Positions 50,294 to 60,856 are shown, counted from the stretch's first letter. The stretch: DNA of 64,000 nucleotides from Candidatus Atabeyarchaeum deiterrae (GCA_037310415.1 CP147780.1:864001-928000), one strand, 5' to 3'. A program made the numbers and translations. Notes: generated by a model from the sequence alone, not told the origin.

Positions 50294-52564
50294 ATGTTCA
50301 GATCATCAGAGATGTACATTGCAAAAATAATCTGCCACAAGGATGCTGAGAGGGGACTCGTTAGATCCCTTCATGAGAGTGGTCTGGTTCAACTCATTGA
50401 TGTGGAGAAGAGAGAGGGCTTCGCTTCTCGTACGTTGGAGCATGAGAAAGAGATTTCATCACTTATTGCACGGATCGCTAGAATAAACGACTTCCTGAAA
50501 ACTGAAAAGACAGTGGCACCTACTCTCAAGAAATCTACCAGCGTCTCTGACGAGACTGTCGATGGAGTTAGAAGATACGCGGAGGAAACTTGCCAGAAGG
50601 TTGAACAGAAGATTGAAGAGCTTCGCGTGTCGCTTTCGAGGGTTCAGCAAGAGAAGGAGGAACAGACAGGTCTGCTGAAGGTCGCGCAGGCGCTGGAGCC
50701 TCTAGGTATCGATCTCTCTCACTTGGGAGGTGGACGAGATCTTTATGCCGTAGCGGGGATCGTCAAGTCCCTGAGAGTAAGGAGACTCGAATGGAACATA
50801 AAAGAGGCAACAGATGACGCTTACATATTCAACGAGGTTTCTATTGGAAAATCAGAAAGTGTCGTTATTGTGGGAGTCCTCAATGAGAAGAGAGACATCT
50901 TGGACAGGATTCTCACATCCTTCAGTTTTCAGGAGTTTCGCCTTCCTCAGACTGCCAAAGGAACTGCCAAGCAAGTTATCTCAGCTTCCCAAAAGAGACT
51001 CGCTGAGCTTGATGGAGAGAGCACAGACATCGAAGAACAAGGCGCCAAGCTTGGCAAGAAGTCTGGCAAGGAGCTACTCGTTGCTCAGGAGCTACTGCTC
51101 ATTGAAAGAGACAGGATGGAAGCGGAACGCCTATTCCGAGAGACACCTAGCACGATCGAGATTTGGAGTTGGGTACCGAAGAAGTCCAGAGAGAAGCTGA
51201 AAATGATAGTGGAGAGTTCAACAGCCAACGCCGCCATAATCAGTTTCAATAAACCGGATTTCGCTCCTGAAGAATACCCTTCAAAAATGCAGGACCCAAC
51301 GATCGCCAGCTCCTACGCGTTTCTTGTAAAGGCTTATGGAACCCCATCGTACAATGAAATAGATCCTACTAGTTTCTTTCTAATCACATTTCCAATTATC
51401 TTTGGTATCATGTTTGCGGACATGGGTCACGGCTTCATCATTCTGATGGTAGGTATTATAGGCTACACCCTGAAAAAGATCAAGTACCGAGCTGGCGAGT
51501 ATGTCAACTACATGCTACGAGCCAGCTATCTTCTCATACCATGTGGGTTAGCAGCGATGATAGGCGGATTACTTCTTGGCTCAGCCTGGGGCTCTCACTT
51601 TCCCGCGTGGTGGTTCAGCCCTGAAAACAAAGCTGGGCAAGTCTATTTGATTGAGCTCGCCGTATGGATTGGCGTTTTTCAGATCTCATTTGGCTTGGTT
51701 CTAAACCTTATAAATAGATTGATAGAGCGCAAACGGACTGAAGCATTCTTCGTTCCAGGTTTGCTATTAGTTACTTATTGGTCTGCCGCACTCCTAATTT
51801 TCGGCGTGGGTACCCACGTTCAGGACGGGGTCAACTTCATAAATTGGTTCAGTCCTACCCCTCTCACGCTCAAGGTGTTATGGTATAGAGTGCCTTTGCC
51901 ACCCTTTTTTAACGCCCTGGGAGTTTTCGTTGTTGGTCTGATTGTCCCAGTAGTGATCTTCATGATCTTTGAAATGAAACATCACGGAACGGAGGGATTT
52001 GGAGAAGCTCTCGATTACGTCATCTCACTTCTCAGCAACTCAGTTTCTTTCGCCCGAATATTCGCATTGAACCTTGTTCATGCTGTCATCAGCCTACTTT
52101 GTCTCCAACTAGGGATGGTGTTAGCAACGGGTGAAGACCCAGGCTCCCAGATGAGCACATATATCGGATTTGGGATCTTCCTAGCATTCTTCATCGCTCT
52201 TCTCACGCGGTTCCGCATAGGCTTCAAGAAAGGACTCCTGCTCGGACTGATAATAGGACTGCCAACCGCGTATGCCTTAGTGACAACACAGCTGCTCCCC
52301 ACTGTGCTCCCTGCTCCGGTTTTCTTCCCAACTATTACTAACCCCGGTGATATGCGGCTGCCGAGTGAGACCTTGCCCCTGAGCTTCATCGGAGTCCTTA
52401 TCGCAATAGTCGCTGTAATCCCGTTTGAAGGTTTGCTAGCGTTCCTCCACACCTTGCGACTACACTGGGTCGAGTTCTTCAGCAAGTTCTACATGGGTTC
52501 AGGCGTGGAATTCAAGCCATTCAAGACTGAACGTCGCTTCACTCAAGCATCCATCAAGAAGTAG
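50294..52564 (+). CDS. atpI: A/V-type ATP synthase subunit I/a
   Basis: YGTPSYNEIDP, FGIMFADMGHG, SNSVSFARIFAL, HTLRLHWVEFFSKFY. Confidence 0.93.
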   Translation: MFRSSEMYIAKIICHKDAERGLVRSLHESGLVQLIDVEKREGFASRTLEHEKEISSLIARIARINDFLKTEKTVAPTLKKSTSVSDETVDGVRRYAEETCQKVEQKIEELRVSLSRVQQEKEEQTGLLKVAQALEPLGIDLSHLGGGRDLYAVAGIVKSLRVRRLEWNIKEATDDAYIFNEVSIGKSESVVIVGVLNEKRDILDRILTSFSFQEFRLPQTAKGTAKQVISASQKRLAELDGESTDIEEQGAKLGKKSGKELLVAQELLLIERDRMEAERLFRETPSTIEIWSWVPKKSREKLKMIVESSTANAAIISFNKPDFAPEEYPSKMQDPTIASSYAFLVKAYGTPSYNEIDPTSFFLITFPIIFGIMFADMGHGFIILMVGIIGYTLKKIKYRAGEYVNYMLRASYLLIPCGLAAMIGGLLLGSAWGSHFPAWWFSPENKAGQVYLIELAVWIGVFQISFGLVLNLINRLIERKRTEAFFVPGLLLVTYWSAALLIFGVGTHVQDGVNFINWFSPTPLTLKVLWYRVPLPPFFNALGVFVVGLIVPVVIFMIFEMKHHGTEGFGEALDYVISLLSNSVSFARIFALNLVHAVISLLCLQLGMVLATGEDPGSQMSTYIGFGIFLAFFIALLTRFRIGFKKGLLLGLIIGLPTAYALVTTQLLPTVLPAPVFFPTITNPGDMRLPSETLPLSFIGVLIAIVAVIPFEGLLAFLHTLRLHWVEFFSKFYMGSGVEFKPFKTERRFTQASIKK

Positions 52565-52581
52565 TTTGCTGAAGTTCAGCC

Positions 52582-53367
52582 TTACTCTTTTATCAAAGCC
52601 TTTCGTGCGAACGTCATGTAACCTGTATGCCCCACCATAAAAGTCTCTGGACGCGTCTTTCCTTCTCTAACGAGTATCTTCCTCACTAGAGATTCGAATG
52701 TTTGAACATCTCGGAACAAGTTGTCTTCCAGCGCCTTAACTGTCTTCTGAGTCTGCTCTATTGTGGGAGAGTAAGACAAGAGAGATCCGCCTCCCTTCAA
52801 TGCCTCTCTGGCAGATTGAATAAACAACCAAGGAGTGGCCAAATCCAGAATCACAGCATCTACATCCTTTTCGTCAATCCCGTTGCCTATATCCCTATTC
52901 TTGATCTCGACCCATTCCGATACACCAGTACGCTCTATATTCTTCTTGGCTAGATTGATGAAATCCTCTCTGACTTCATAAGTGTAGACGCGACCCGTTG
53001 GTTTGACATAGCTCGCTAGCATGGTTGTCAATGAGCCGCTTCCTGTGCCAGCTTCAACGACAATACTACCAGGAACTATTCCGCAGTTTATTACTATTAG
53101 TGCTGAGTCCTTAGGATAGACTATTTGAGTCTGCCTAATGATCTTAAGCAACGCCATGTCTGCCATTGTAGGTTTGAAAACAGTAAACTCCGTCTTCGCG
53201 CTCTCCACAATAGTGCCGAACTCTCGTCCGATCAAGTTGTCGAACTTGACTATTCCCTTATGCGTGTGGAGGTCGCCACCTGCTTCCGCTTTCACTATCC
53301 ATCTTCTCTTGTCATCCAAGACAACCAGTAAGTAGTTGCCATCACGAATAATATTGTCTTCTCTCAT
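52582..53367 (-). CDS. trmI: tRNA (adenine-57/58-N1)-methyltransferase
   Basis: RQTQIVYPKD, EAGTGSGSLT, LDLATPW, YSPTIEQ, RP..VGHTGY. Confidence 0.93.
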   Translation of the reverse strand: MREDNIIRDGNYLLVVLDDKRRWIVKAEAGGDLHTHKGIVKFDNLIGREFGTIVESAKTEFTVFKPTMADMALLKIIRQTQIVYPKDSALIVINCGIVPGSIVVEAGTGSGSLTTMLASYVKPTGRVYTYEVREDFINLAKKNIERTGVSEWVEIKNRDIGNGIDEKDVDAVILDLATPWLFIQSAREALKGGGSLLSYSPTIEQTQKTVKALEDNLFRDVQTFESLVRKILVREGKTRPETFMVGHTGYMTFARKALIKE

Positions 53368-53510
53368 AGTGCATCATTCAACAAGAGCTGAATCTGATGG
53401 CTTCAAGAACATATCTACCGCATGGATGAAGCTTCTAACCCTAAAGAATGTTGCCATAGGAGAAGAATATGGAACAATCAGCCGTTTTGAAGATTCTTGT
53501 GAATGTCATG

Positions 53511-54011
53511 CTATTTAGGCTCGCCAATTACTAACATGTCGACCATCTCGCTTTCCCATTCTGCATCACTGAAGACCCAGACTTTCTTCCCGAGCCCAAG
53601 GTTGGCTTTCTTAATAATCTCTTTGGCTTGAGATGCCCCACTGACGTCGGGAAACACTATGACAATGCCTTTCATGGAGAGATTGTCCTTGATTGCCTCT
53701 AGCCATTCACTGACCTTCTTGGTCATTGCGTCTTCATTTACAGGCTCAAACCAGTACTGTAACATGTAAATGTCTCTGTGTTCCATAGACTCAAGGAAAG
53801 CTTCACAGCAAAAACCGTTGGTAAATACTCTTCCTTCGCAGTCCCAGGCCCTGAATGTTATGGGATCCAGCCTGCAGCGTGAACTGAGGTCTTGGCTGTA
53901 GTACCTGCAATCACCTTTCTCGGAAGAGTAGTCTTTGATCAAAGCCCAGATTCTATCTTCTTTAACCCTTGCATCGGGCTTTTCCCTCTCCTTGTCATTG
54001 GGCTTTGACAT
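53511..54011 (-). CDS. Hypothetical Cys-containing protein
   Basis: 166-aa ORF with GAGG upstream; five Cys in the N-terminal half. Confidence 0.55.
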   Translation of the reverse strand: MSKPNDKEREKPDARVKEDRIWALIKDYSSEKGDCRYYSQDLSSRCRLDPITFRAWDCEGRVFTNGFCCEAFLESMEHRDIYMLQYWFEPVNEDAMTKKVSEWLEAIKDNLSMKGIVIVFPDVSGASQAKEIIKKANLGLGKKVWVFSDAEWESEMVDMLVIGEPK

Positions 54012-54185
54012 TGACCTCGGATCTCCGCAACTTTCGATGATCCATATCCCCCACCATCTCTAGGTGCTCAATAACCGAGTGCTCCGACTTGTTCGTCGTT
54101 ATAAGATCACTTGCATCCATTAACTTATATCTATTCATTTAATATCTTTGCTCATGGCTTTCGAATCTGCAAATGAATATATCGC

Positions 54186-55006
54186 CTATATCCTTCCTTG
54201 ATGGTTTCTTGGGTTGTTGAGTGATACTGCATTTCCCTGCAAGCATTTCCCTCGTATTCCTATTCTGTAGTGGCAATCGGGGCAGGTATTGTCTATCTGA
54301 TCAATTGCACAATATGCTATGCTCAGTCCACTGCGCTCTATCAAGAGATTGTTGCATATTGGGCAATAAGTATTCTCTCCTGGGTGCCCAGGCACATTTC
54401 CGAGGTAAACGTATCTCAAGCCTTCTTCTAGACCGATCTCCCTTGCTCTTTCCAGAGAGCTGATCGGAGTCTGCTGGGATAGACCAAGTGCCAATGCCTT
54501 GTGTGCAGCATAATATCTTGTGCAGTGCCATGGCACTTCAGCGCCCAGTTCATTTCTCATCCTAGACGCAATCAATCTAAGTATGGTTTCCTTGTCGTTG
54601 ACAGTGGGAATAACCAAAGTGACTACTTCGATGTGTTTCCCATACTTCTTCAATTCTCTCAGATTTCGCCAGACTATTTCGGCATCTACTCCGCAATACT
54701 TCCTTACGGCAATTGCGTCACCTTTTACATTCACACAGAAAGCATCACAGCCACTATTAACTATGAGTCTGAGCGCTTCTAATGTTGAATAGAGATTCGT
54801 TACATAGGTATTGTAAAGTCCCTTCTCCTTAGCTCTTCTCATCACGTCGAGGGAGTACTCGAAAAGAGATGTAGACGGTTCATTGAAAGAGAAGGATGTT
54901 CCATTGGAATGGGATCTCTTTGCTAGACTTACAAGTGTCTCTGGGTCTATGTAATTCGCATTGGAAGGGCTCGGGGGAGATTTGCTGACATCGAAATTCT
55001 GACACC
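54186..55006 (-). CDS. AmmeMemoRadiSAM/PflA-like radical SAM enzyme, exon 2
   Basis: (W)CQNFDVS..SFSFNEPS..VTN..VNVKG..YVYLGNVPGHPGENTYCPIC; frame continuous with exon 1 only after the intron is removed. Confidence 0.88.
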
Positions 55007-55059
55007 TTGCCCGTCAAGATGCAACTTTCCGAAGGATGCACTTTGTCGCATCCTTGACT
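55007..55059 (-). other. 53-nt archaeal bulge-helix-bulge intron in a protein-coding gene
   Basis: ACAU-GCCC-AU|A-GUCAAG...CUUGAC-GGGC-AA|G-GUGU: 4-bp central helix, two 3-nt bulges, flanking helices; splicing gives UGC CCA UGG UGU (CPWC). Confidence 0.9.
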
Positions 55060-55381
55060 ATGGGCATGTGAGATTACACCCGTAGCTCCCCACGGTCAAC
55101 GCCAAGCTTCCTGGCCAGAAATGAAAGAGCGGCTTCTTCTCAATTGGGTTCACGCTCATAGTTGAAATATCGCCGTATGTAACTGAATATAGTGTACCTT
55201 CGACGTTCATCTTAGTTCTACAGAAGCCTGCTTTTCCCTTGTCTATCGTACACCTTCGCTCACAGACGCCACATCTGACCCTTCCCCTTGACAAGCGCTC
55301 GTATAGCGGTGATTCTCTTACCCATTCTCTCTCAGTGAGACCTCTGTCCAAGCCCAAGAGTCTATTGCTCCTAATCTTCAC
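55060..55381 (-). CDS. AmmeMemoRadiSAM/PflA-like radical SAM enzyme, exon 1
   Basis: VRCGVCERRC..GFC, PIEKKPLFHFWPG, GCNLTCP; spliced CDS 322+821=1143 nt (380 aa). Confidence 0.88.
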
Positions 55382-55881
55382 TTCCTGATTATTCTTAGAT
55401 CCTGAAGGATCAGTTCCGCAACCTTGTCGACAGTCTCTCTGATCTCTCTGCTGAGCTCAGCCGAGTACATTTTCAGTTCCGTTATTTCGATCCCGTATAT
55501 GATGATCTTCTTTGGCATTTCGTCGGGGTAGACCGACTTTCCAATTTTTATCATTTCGGGCAAGCCGACATCGTGGGCGGAAGTTGGGTGAAGTGATGTC
55601 TTGACTTTAGTATCGATGTCGTTACCAGTTAATCGGTGAATTCTCCCAGGTGTATCACCTGCCAAAGAGTCTATGAATATGGCCCAGTCGAAGCCCTTAA
55701 CATTGTCAAGAAGAGCTAAGCCGCCGACTCCCCCTTCAACAAGCTCAACCCCTTTGGGCAAACGCGCAGAGCGCAACTTGTTTAAAACGTGTACCCCCAC
55801 ACCCTCGTCTCCAAGCAAAGTATTCCCTATGCCTACTATCACTACCTGTTTCATTTCTATCCCTCGCTTTCTTGGAGTCAT
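55378..55881 (-). CDS. Hydrogenase maturation endopeptidase
   Basis: GIGNTLLGDEGVG, EGG, ID, SAH. Confidence 0.92.
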   Translation of the reverse strand: MTPRKRGIEMKQVVIVGIGNTLLGDEGVGVHVLNKLRSARLPKGVELVEGGVGGLALLDNVKGFDWAIFIDSLAGDTPGRIHRLTGNDIDTKVKTSLHPTSAHDVGLPEMIKIGKSVYPDEMPKKIIIYGIEITELKMYSAELSREIRETVDKVAELILQDLRIIRK

Positions 55882-55965
55882 ATTAAGGAAAGAAACCGAA
55901 TCAAAGATTGCACTCTCCTTGTTAGATTTGGTCTACTGCATCACGGATCGTCTGCTTTAAGGTCA

Positions 55966-57012
55966 CTATTTCGGTCTGACCTTGAGATAACTTATGAAAT
56001 ACATTAGCAGGAATAACCCAGCGGCGCTAAACACTGCTATAGATGCTGCATCTGGAGTAGGATTAGCCAAGGTGAATACGTAGAGTGCTAGGAATGCCAT
56101 CAGGAAAATGAGTCCCCAAACTGAGCTCCTACCCCGTGTTCTCTTGAGCCCTTTGAAGGTTGATACCAAGAATATGACTCCCACAATCCCTAAGCAAACA
56201 ATGTTGATTAAGTTGAGAGTAGAGGAAGATCCTGGAAGTGGGAGTGAAGGAGTTAAGAAGTATTGGAGACCAATGACGACGAAAATCGCGAAGACTATGG
56301 CTTCGAACAACCATATCAGTTTCGCGGGTGGTTTCGAGATGCGCAGGCCGTATGCTTGAAATTCAAACTCGGCTGCTCCAGCGTAGATGAACCATAGTAG
56401 GGAACCGACTGCCAAAGCGTCTCCAATGCAAAGGGTAAAAGCATAAATATTCTGAATAATGCTGGACCAGAAAGACGTGATCACATAGTACAGTCCAATA
56501 TACCTTGATAGGAAATAGATCAAGATGATGGTTGGGGTACCACCGAAGATGATAAGAAGGAGGAATATGAGAAACGCCCTGGCACGTCGGCTTTTCTTTC
56601 TTATGGATTCAGCCCCATAGTAGATTCTGCCTACAAGTATAATTCCGCCTATGACCGCCAAGACTGGGGAGAGGAATGGAAGTCCAAAGACTAGCAACAC
56701 TATTAGAGTATTGAAACCATAGAATATCCTCCATCTCACTGGTATGATGTATGACGTCTCCGTCATGTGTTTGATTGAAGCACTCAACCTGTCTCTGCCA
56801 AGGTATATGAAAAGAATCCATGGGATTGAGAAGAATAATGGCGCAGCAAAGTATTGGGTTAGCGCAAAGAGGACAGGATTGGCAATCTGAAACTTAACAT
56901 CTGGAGGAACAATAAAAAGGAGAACCCACAAGTACAAGGGGATCGTTGTGATCCCGACTGCAACTCCAAGTCTTGAATAATCCATATTGCCACTTGCCTC
57001 CAACCCCAACAA
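55966..57012 (-). CDS. Polytopic membrane protein of unknown function
   Basis: About 9 hydrophobic segments; no motif recognised. Confidence 0.7.
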   Translation of the reverse strand: MLGLEASGNMDYSRLGVAVGITTIPLYLWVLLFIVPPDVKFQIANPVLFALTQYFAAPLFFSIPWILFIYLGRDRLSASIKHMTETSYIIPVRWRIFYGFNTLIVLLVFGLPFLSPVLAVIGGIILVGRIYYGAESIRKKSRRARAFLIFLLLIIFGGTPTIILIYFLSRYIGLYYVITSFWSSIIQNIYAFTLCIGDALAVGSLLWFIYAGAAEFEFQAYGLRISKPPAKLIWLFEAIVFAIFVVIGLQYFLTPSLPLPGSSSTLNLINIVCLGIVGVIFLVSTFKGLKRTRGRSSVWGLIFLMAFLALYVFTLANPTPDAASIAVFSAAGLFLLMYFISYLKVRPK

Positions 57013-57178
57013 TAATGGAACGGCTATCTACTGAGTGGAATATATAATCAGTTGTCATGCACAACTGTTTTATATTGCCTATGTTCCCCTTAACTCTTCT
57101 CATTATGGATTGGCCGCATTGCTTAATTGAAAGACGAACATAAGAATAAGAAATGAATGTTTGAGGGGTGCTTGTAGC

Positions 57179-57508
57179 ATGTCTCAGAATATTACTCTTA
57201 GCGATTTTCAGAAGTTTGAGATAAAGGTCTGCAGGATCAAAGTTGCGGAAAAACTTGCTTCTTCAAAGAAGCTAATCAAATTGAAGGTTGATCTGGGCAA
57301 CGAGATTCGAGAAGTGGTTGCCGGAGTAGCGGAATACTACAGCTCGGAGGATCTAGAAGACAAAAACGTGATCGTACTGGCTAACTTGGAACCTAGGAAA
57401 CTCATGGGTGTTCAAAGTCAAGGGATGTTACTTGCTGCAGATGTCGATGGAAGACCATACTTGATCTTTGCAGATCCATCGATCCCTCCAGGCACCAAAG
57501 TCAGGTGA
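57179..57508 (+). CDS. tRNA-binding OB-fold protein (MetRS C-terminal/Trbp111/CsaA-like)
   Basis: ITLSDFQK, KLIKLKVDLG, NLEPRKLMGVQSQGMLLA. Confidence 0.9.
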   Translation: MSQNITLSDFQKFEIKVCRIKVAEKLASSKKLIKLKVDLGNEIREVVAGVAEYYSSEDLEDKNVIVLANLEPRKLMGVQSQGMLLAADVDGRPYLIFADPSIPPGTKVR

Positions 57509-57512
57509 ATTC

Positions 57513-58328
57513 TCACCCAACGTTCAATATGATATTCCTGCAAAGACTGCGATTAGCTGCGGCGATAAATGATAATTTTGAGGTGGGGAGCAACTCTACG
57601 TTAACCTCAGCACCATTTCTGCCGACCATTACGCCGCCAGCTTCCTCTAAGACCAGATAAGCGGCAGCAATGTCAGTGACTCTAGCTATCCCTCTCAAGT
57701 CAATGAATGCATCATATTTCCCAGATGCGACAAAGCAGATCTCCAATGCGTTCGTCCCAAGGTATCTCTTCCTTTTTGCAACATTGAGAACCCGCAAGAT
57801 TCTTTTCATATAGACGCGCAAGTCCACGATGTTCAAATCTGCACTGATCATGCTCTCAGAAAGTCTCTCAACCTTGGATGGCGAAATACTAATACCGTTA
57901 CATTTGGCCCCTTTCCTGAATTCACCTTCGTAATATTCTCCTCTTGCCAGATCGACCACGAGAGCCTCATGAACATCGCTTAAACATTTGCCAGTGGCAG
58001 CAGCTATTGAGAAAGAATATGCTGGGATTCCGCGAATTGCATTAGCGCTGCCATCAATCGGATCAAGGATTATGGTGGTTTCACTCTTGCATTTGCCAAA
58101 GAAGCTTCTGCCTGATTCTTCACTGACTAAACTGAAATCCATGCCGCTGTCCTCGAGAGCTTTGACGGCGGCTTCCTCAGCCAGGTCATCTACTTTGCTA
58201 GTTACATCACCTTCCGTCTTGACTGTCACGACTTCGCCGGCGTCAGCAGTTCCAATGAGTGGCTTAACAACCCTCCTAACGTTTTCAGCTGCGCGTCTGA
58301 AAACAGGCATCCAACTCTCTAGAGTCAT
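57513..58328 (-). CDS. suhB: Inositol monophosphatase / FBPase (SuhB family)
   Basis: VSEESG, LDPIDGSAN, DIAAAYLVLEEAGG. Confidence 0.88.
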   Translation of the reverse strand: MTLESWMPVFRRAAENVRRVVKPLIGTADAGEVVTVKTEGDVTSKVDDLAEEAAVKALEDSGMDFSLVSEESGRSFFGKCKSETTIILDPIDGSANAIRGIPAYSFSIAAATGKCLSDVHEALVVDLARGEYYEGEFRKGAKCNGISISPSKVERLSESMISADLNIVDLRVYMKRILRVLNVAKRKRYLGTNALEICFVASGKYDAFIDLRGIARVTDIAAAYLVLEEAGGVMVGRNGAEVNVELLPTSKLSFIAAANRSLCRNIILNVG

Positions 58329-58479
58329 AAGAGAACCACCACGACATCCTCCATCGCATCGACATGAATAAATCGAGGGCATGACACAATTTATGAGTCA
58401 TAGGGCCATAATCACTAGAACTCATTGGCTACATTTATCTATATGCAGGGGCTACTGAAGGGGAGAGAGCGGATGCCAC

Positions 58480-59292
58480 ATGCACAACAGCTCAAAAAGT
58501 TTCAGGCAGGTACTCGATGAGAGTTCAGCCTCCCGGGCGACAAGAATAGTACTGGCTCTCGATGTCTCTGAAAGGCTGCCTCAAGGGCGCCTCGACGAGG
58601 TCCGCAACCATTTGCTTGAGAAGGCTCTCTATATTCTCGAAGCAACCAACGAATATGTGGCTGCTCTGAAGATCAATCACCAACTTCTGCTGCCATTGGG
58701 TCTCTATGACCTCATGCAAACCATCATCAAGAAGGCAAAGTCCTACTCTCTTCCTCTGATAATGGACTGCAAAGCAAATGACGTTGAACACACAAACAGA
58801 TGGATAGCCACACACTACTTCGACGCTGGATTCGACGCTATAATCGCAAACCCCTTTGTAGGCTGGGAAGGTGGAATAGAGCCAATAATGACTCTGTCAA
58901 GGGAACAAGGAAAAGGGGTCATATTGTTAACCTACATGTCCCACAGAGGGTCGATCGAAGGCTACGGCCAACAAGTACTATCAGAAGAGTCTGCGAAACC
59001 AAGACCACAATACATGGTTTTTGCTGAGAAAGCGGCGAGATGGAAAGCTGACGGGATAGTAGTTGGAGCAACCTACCCAGAGAAGATCAGAGAGATCTAT
59101 AGGGCAATAAGAGATCAGGTTCCGATTTACTCGCCGGGCATCGGAGCCCAAGGAGGCGAAATAAGAGAGGCATTTGATGCAGGCTGCAAATACGCCATAA
59201 TAGGGCGTTCTATATATGAATCCGAAGATCCGTCCAGAGCCGCGAACGAAATGCGACAGAAGATAAATGGCGTGCTGAAGGGAGCATTGTAA
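58480..59292 (+). CDS. pyrF: Orotidine-5'-phosphate decarboxylase
   Basis: LALD, K, DCKANDVEHT, VVGATYP, PGIGAQGG, IIGRSIY. Confidence 0.93.
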   Translation: MHNSSKSFRQVLDESSASRATRIVLALDVSERLPQGRLDEVRNHLLEKALYILEATNEYVAALKINHQLLLPLGLYDLMQTIIKKAKSYSLPLIMDCKANDVEHTNRWIATHYFDAGFDAIIANPFVGWEGGIEPIMTLSREQGKGVILLTYMSHRGSIEGYGQQVLSEESAKPRPQYMVFAEKAARWKADGIVVGATYPEKIREIYRAIRDQVPIYSPGIGAQGGEIREAFDAGCKYAIIGRSIYESEDPSRAANEMRQKINGVLKGAL

Positions 59293-59444
59293 CGAACTTC
59301 AGGTACTGTCGGACAATTCTGGTGCTTTGAACGACCTTTCAAGAGACTGGCGGGTCAAGAAAGTGCAGATGCTTCAAATCAATAGCTGAGAAATATACTT
59401 CTCAAAGTCCCAGATGAAGCCAGTCGAACCAAGGTTCTGTCTAC

Positions 59445-59606
59445 TCAAGTTCCTTTGGGGCGACCCGTACCCCAGAGTTCCTTTTTCAACATGTCTCTTA
59501 TCGCAATTCTTATTACTTCACTGCGATTCGGGTAGATTCCTGACTCGATGAGTTCATCGATACCGCTGAGGAAAGCCTCTGGGAGCTTCACGGTAACTAG
59601 TTTCAA
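59445..59606 (-). CDS. Ribbon-helix-helix (CopG/Arc) regulator, 53 aa
   Basis: TTG start; [40 protein letters not shown]; missed by the ORF track. Confidence 0.88.
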   Translation of the reverse strand: MKLVTVKLPEAFLSGIDELIESGIYPNRSEVIRIAIRDMLKKELWGTGRPKGT

Positions 59607-59809
59607 GAGGTACCGCCCTCATACATAGTAATCTGTGGTATCATGTGGGTAACACTAATAGACTGTGTTCGTAGCTGATAATAAGATTTTCCTAAGAGAA
59701 TTCCTGAGTGGGGTTTCTCGGAAAGGTTTTGACCCAATGTTAAAATAGTATGAAACCAATATCTTGATTCACCGACCTTGGTGGCACGAAACGAGAAGGG
59801 GTTAACCAT

Positions 59810-60613
59810 ATGACTGCTGATTCTTCTAAAGAAATGGGTTACTTTAAGACAGGAATAAAAGCTTTAGATTTCTCTCTTCCTGAGGGGGTTCCGCGGAACA
59901 GCTTTACATTGATATCTGGTGAGGGAGGTACCGGGAAGTCTGTACTTCTTACTCAGTTAATCTATGAACGTCTTAAGGCGGGAGAGCCGTGTATTCTGGT
60001 TTGCCTTGATGATTCACCTGTTGGGGTTATGCAGCAATTAACGAGTTTCGGTTGGTTTCCTGAGCCGTACATAAAGAAGAATCTATTACATTTTATTGAC
60101 TGTTTTTCTTTCAGAATGAAGCCTGATGAATCGTCAATCCCTGATTATGTAACCTATGTCAAATCGCCAACAGAGCTAGATGATCTCACCTCAAGGATTG
60201 CTGAGGTGGTTGACAGATTCGGGCTGCATAATCGTGGAGCTATGTTCATTGATTCGATAACCGAGCTTTGGTTCCTTAACCTCAAAGAGCCATATCGAAC
60301 AGTTGAATATGTGAAAACTTGGAGGGCAGAGCTTTCGAAAGAACGTCTTCTACCAGTTTTCTGTTCACACCATTACGGGTTGAAAGTCTTCGAGATATAC
60401 GAGGAACTCCTCGAGTACATTGTTGACGGGATTATAGACCTACGCTACGAGCCAAACTTAATGAAGGTTGGTTTGTTAGTGAAGCAGTTCAGGGTGAGGA
60501 AACTGAAGGGTGTGCACCATGACTCCAATTGGGTGTCTTTCACAATTACTGGCGAAGGAATCGACTTGCTCAGAATAAAAGTCAAGCCGCCCGAGAAGGC
60601 AGAAGATGAATAG
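59810..60613 (+). CDS. KaiC/RAD55-like RecA-superfamily ATPase
   Basis: TGIKALD, GEGGTGKS, FIDS, VDGIIDL, RVRKLKG. Confidence 0.88.
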   Translation: MTADSSKEMGYFKTGIKALDFSLPEGVPRNSFTLISGEGGTGKSVLLTQLIYERLKAGEPCILVCLDDSPVGVMQQLTSFGWFPEPYIKKNLLHFIDCFSFRMKPDESSIPDYVTYVKSPTELDDLTSRIAEVVDRFGLHNRGAMFIDSITELWFLNLKEPYRTVEYVKTWRAELSKERLLPVFCSHHYGLKVFEIYEELLEYIVDGIIDLRYEPNLMKVGLLVKQFRVRKLKGVHHDSNWVSFTITGEGIDLLRIKVKPPEKAEDE

Positions 60614-60856
60614 TAGGGATCTCGTTGGCTGAAGTATCTTCTGGTACGCTTAGCAGAGATACTAATAGAGTTCTAGGCGATTCAGATTCCGAGTATGAGA
60701 AATATGGAAACTGATTTATATTCAGGAGCGACCCTCGTCTTATCTGCAGTTCGGAAGCTACAAAGGCTCATATGTTGAAACTGCCAAGGATTCTATTCTC
60801 AAGAATCGAATCTAGTACACGTAGGAATCTGATGAATCAATAAATGTTTTCGAGGA

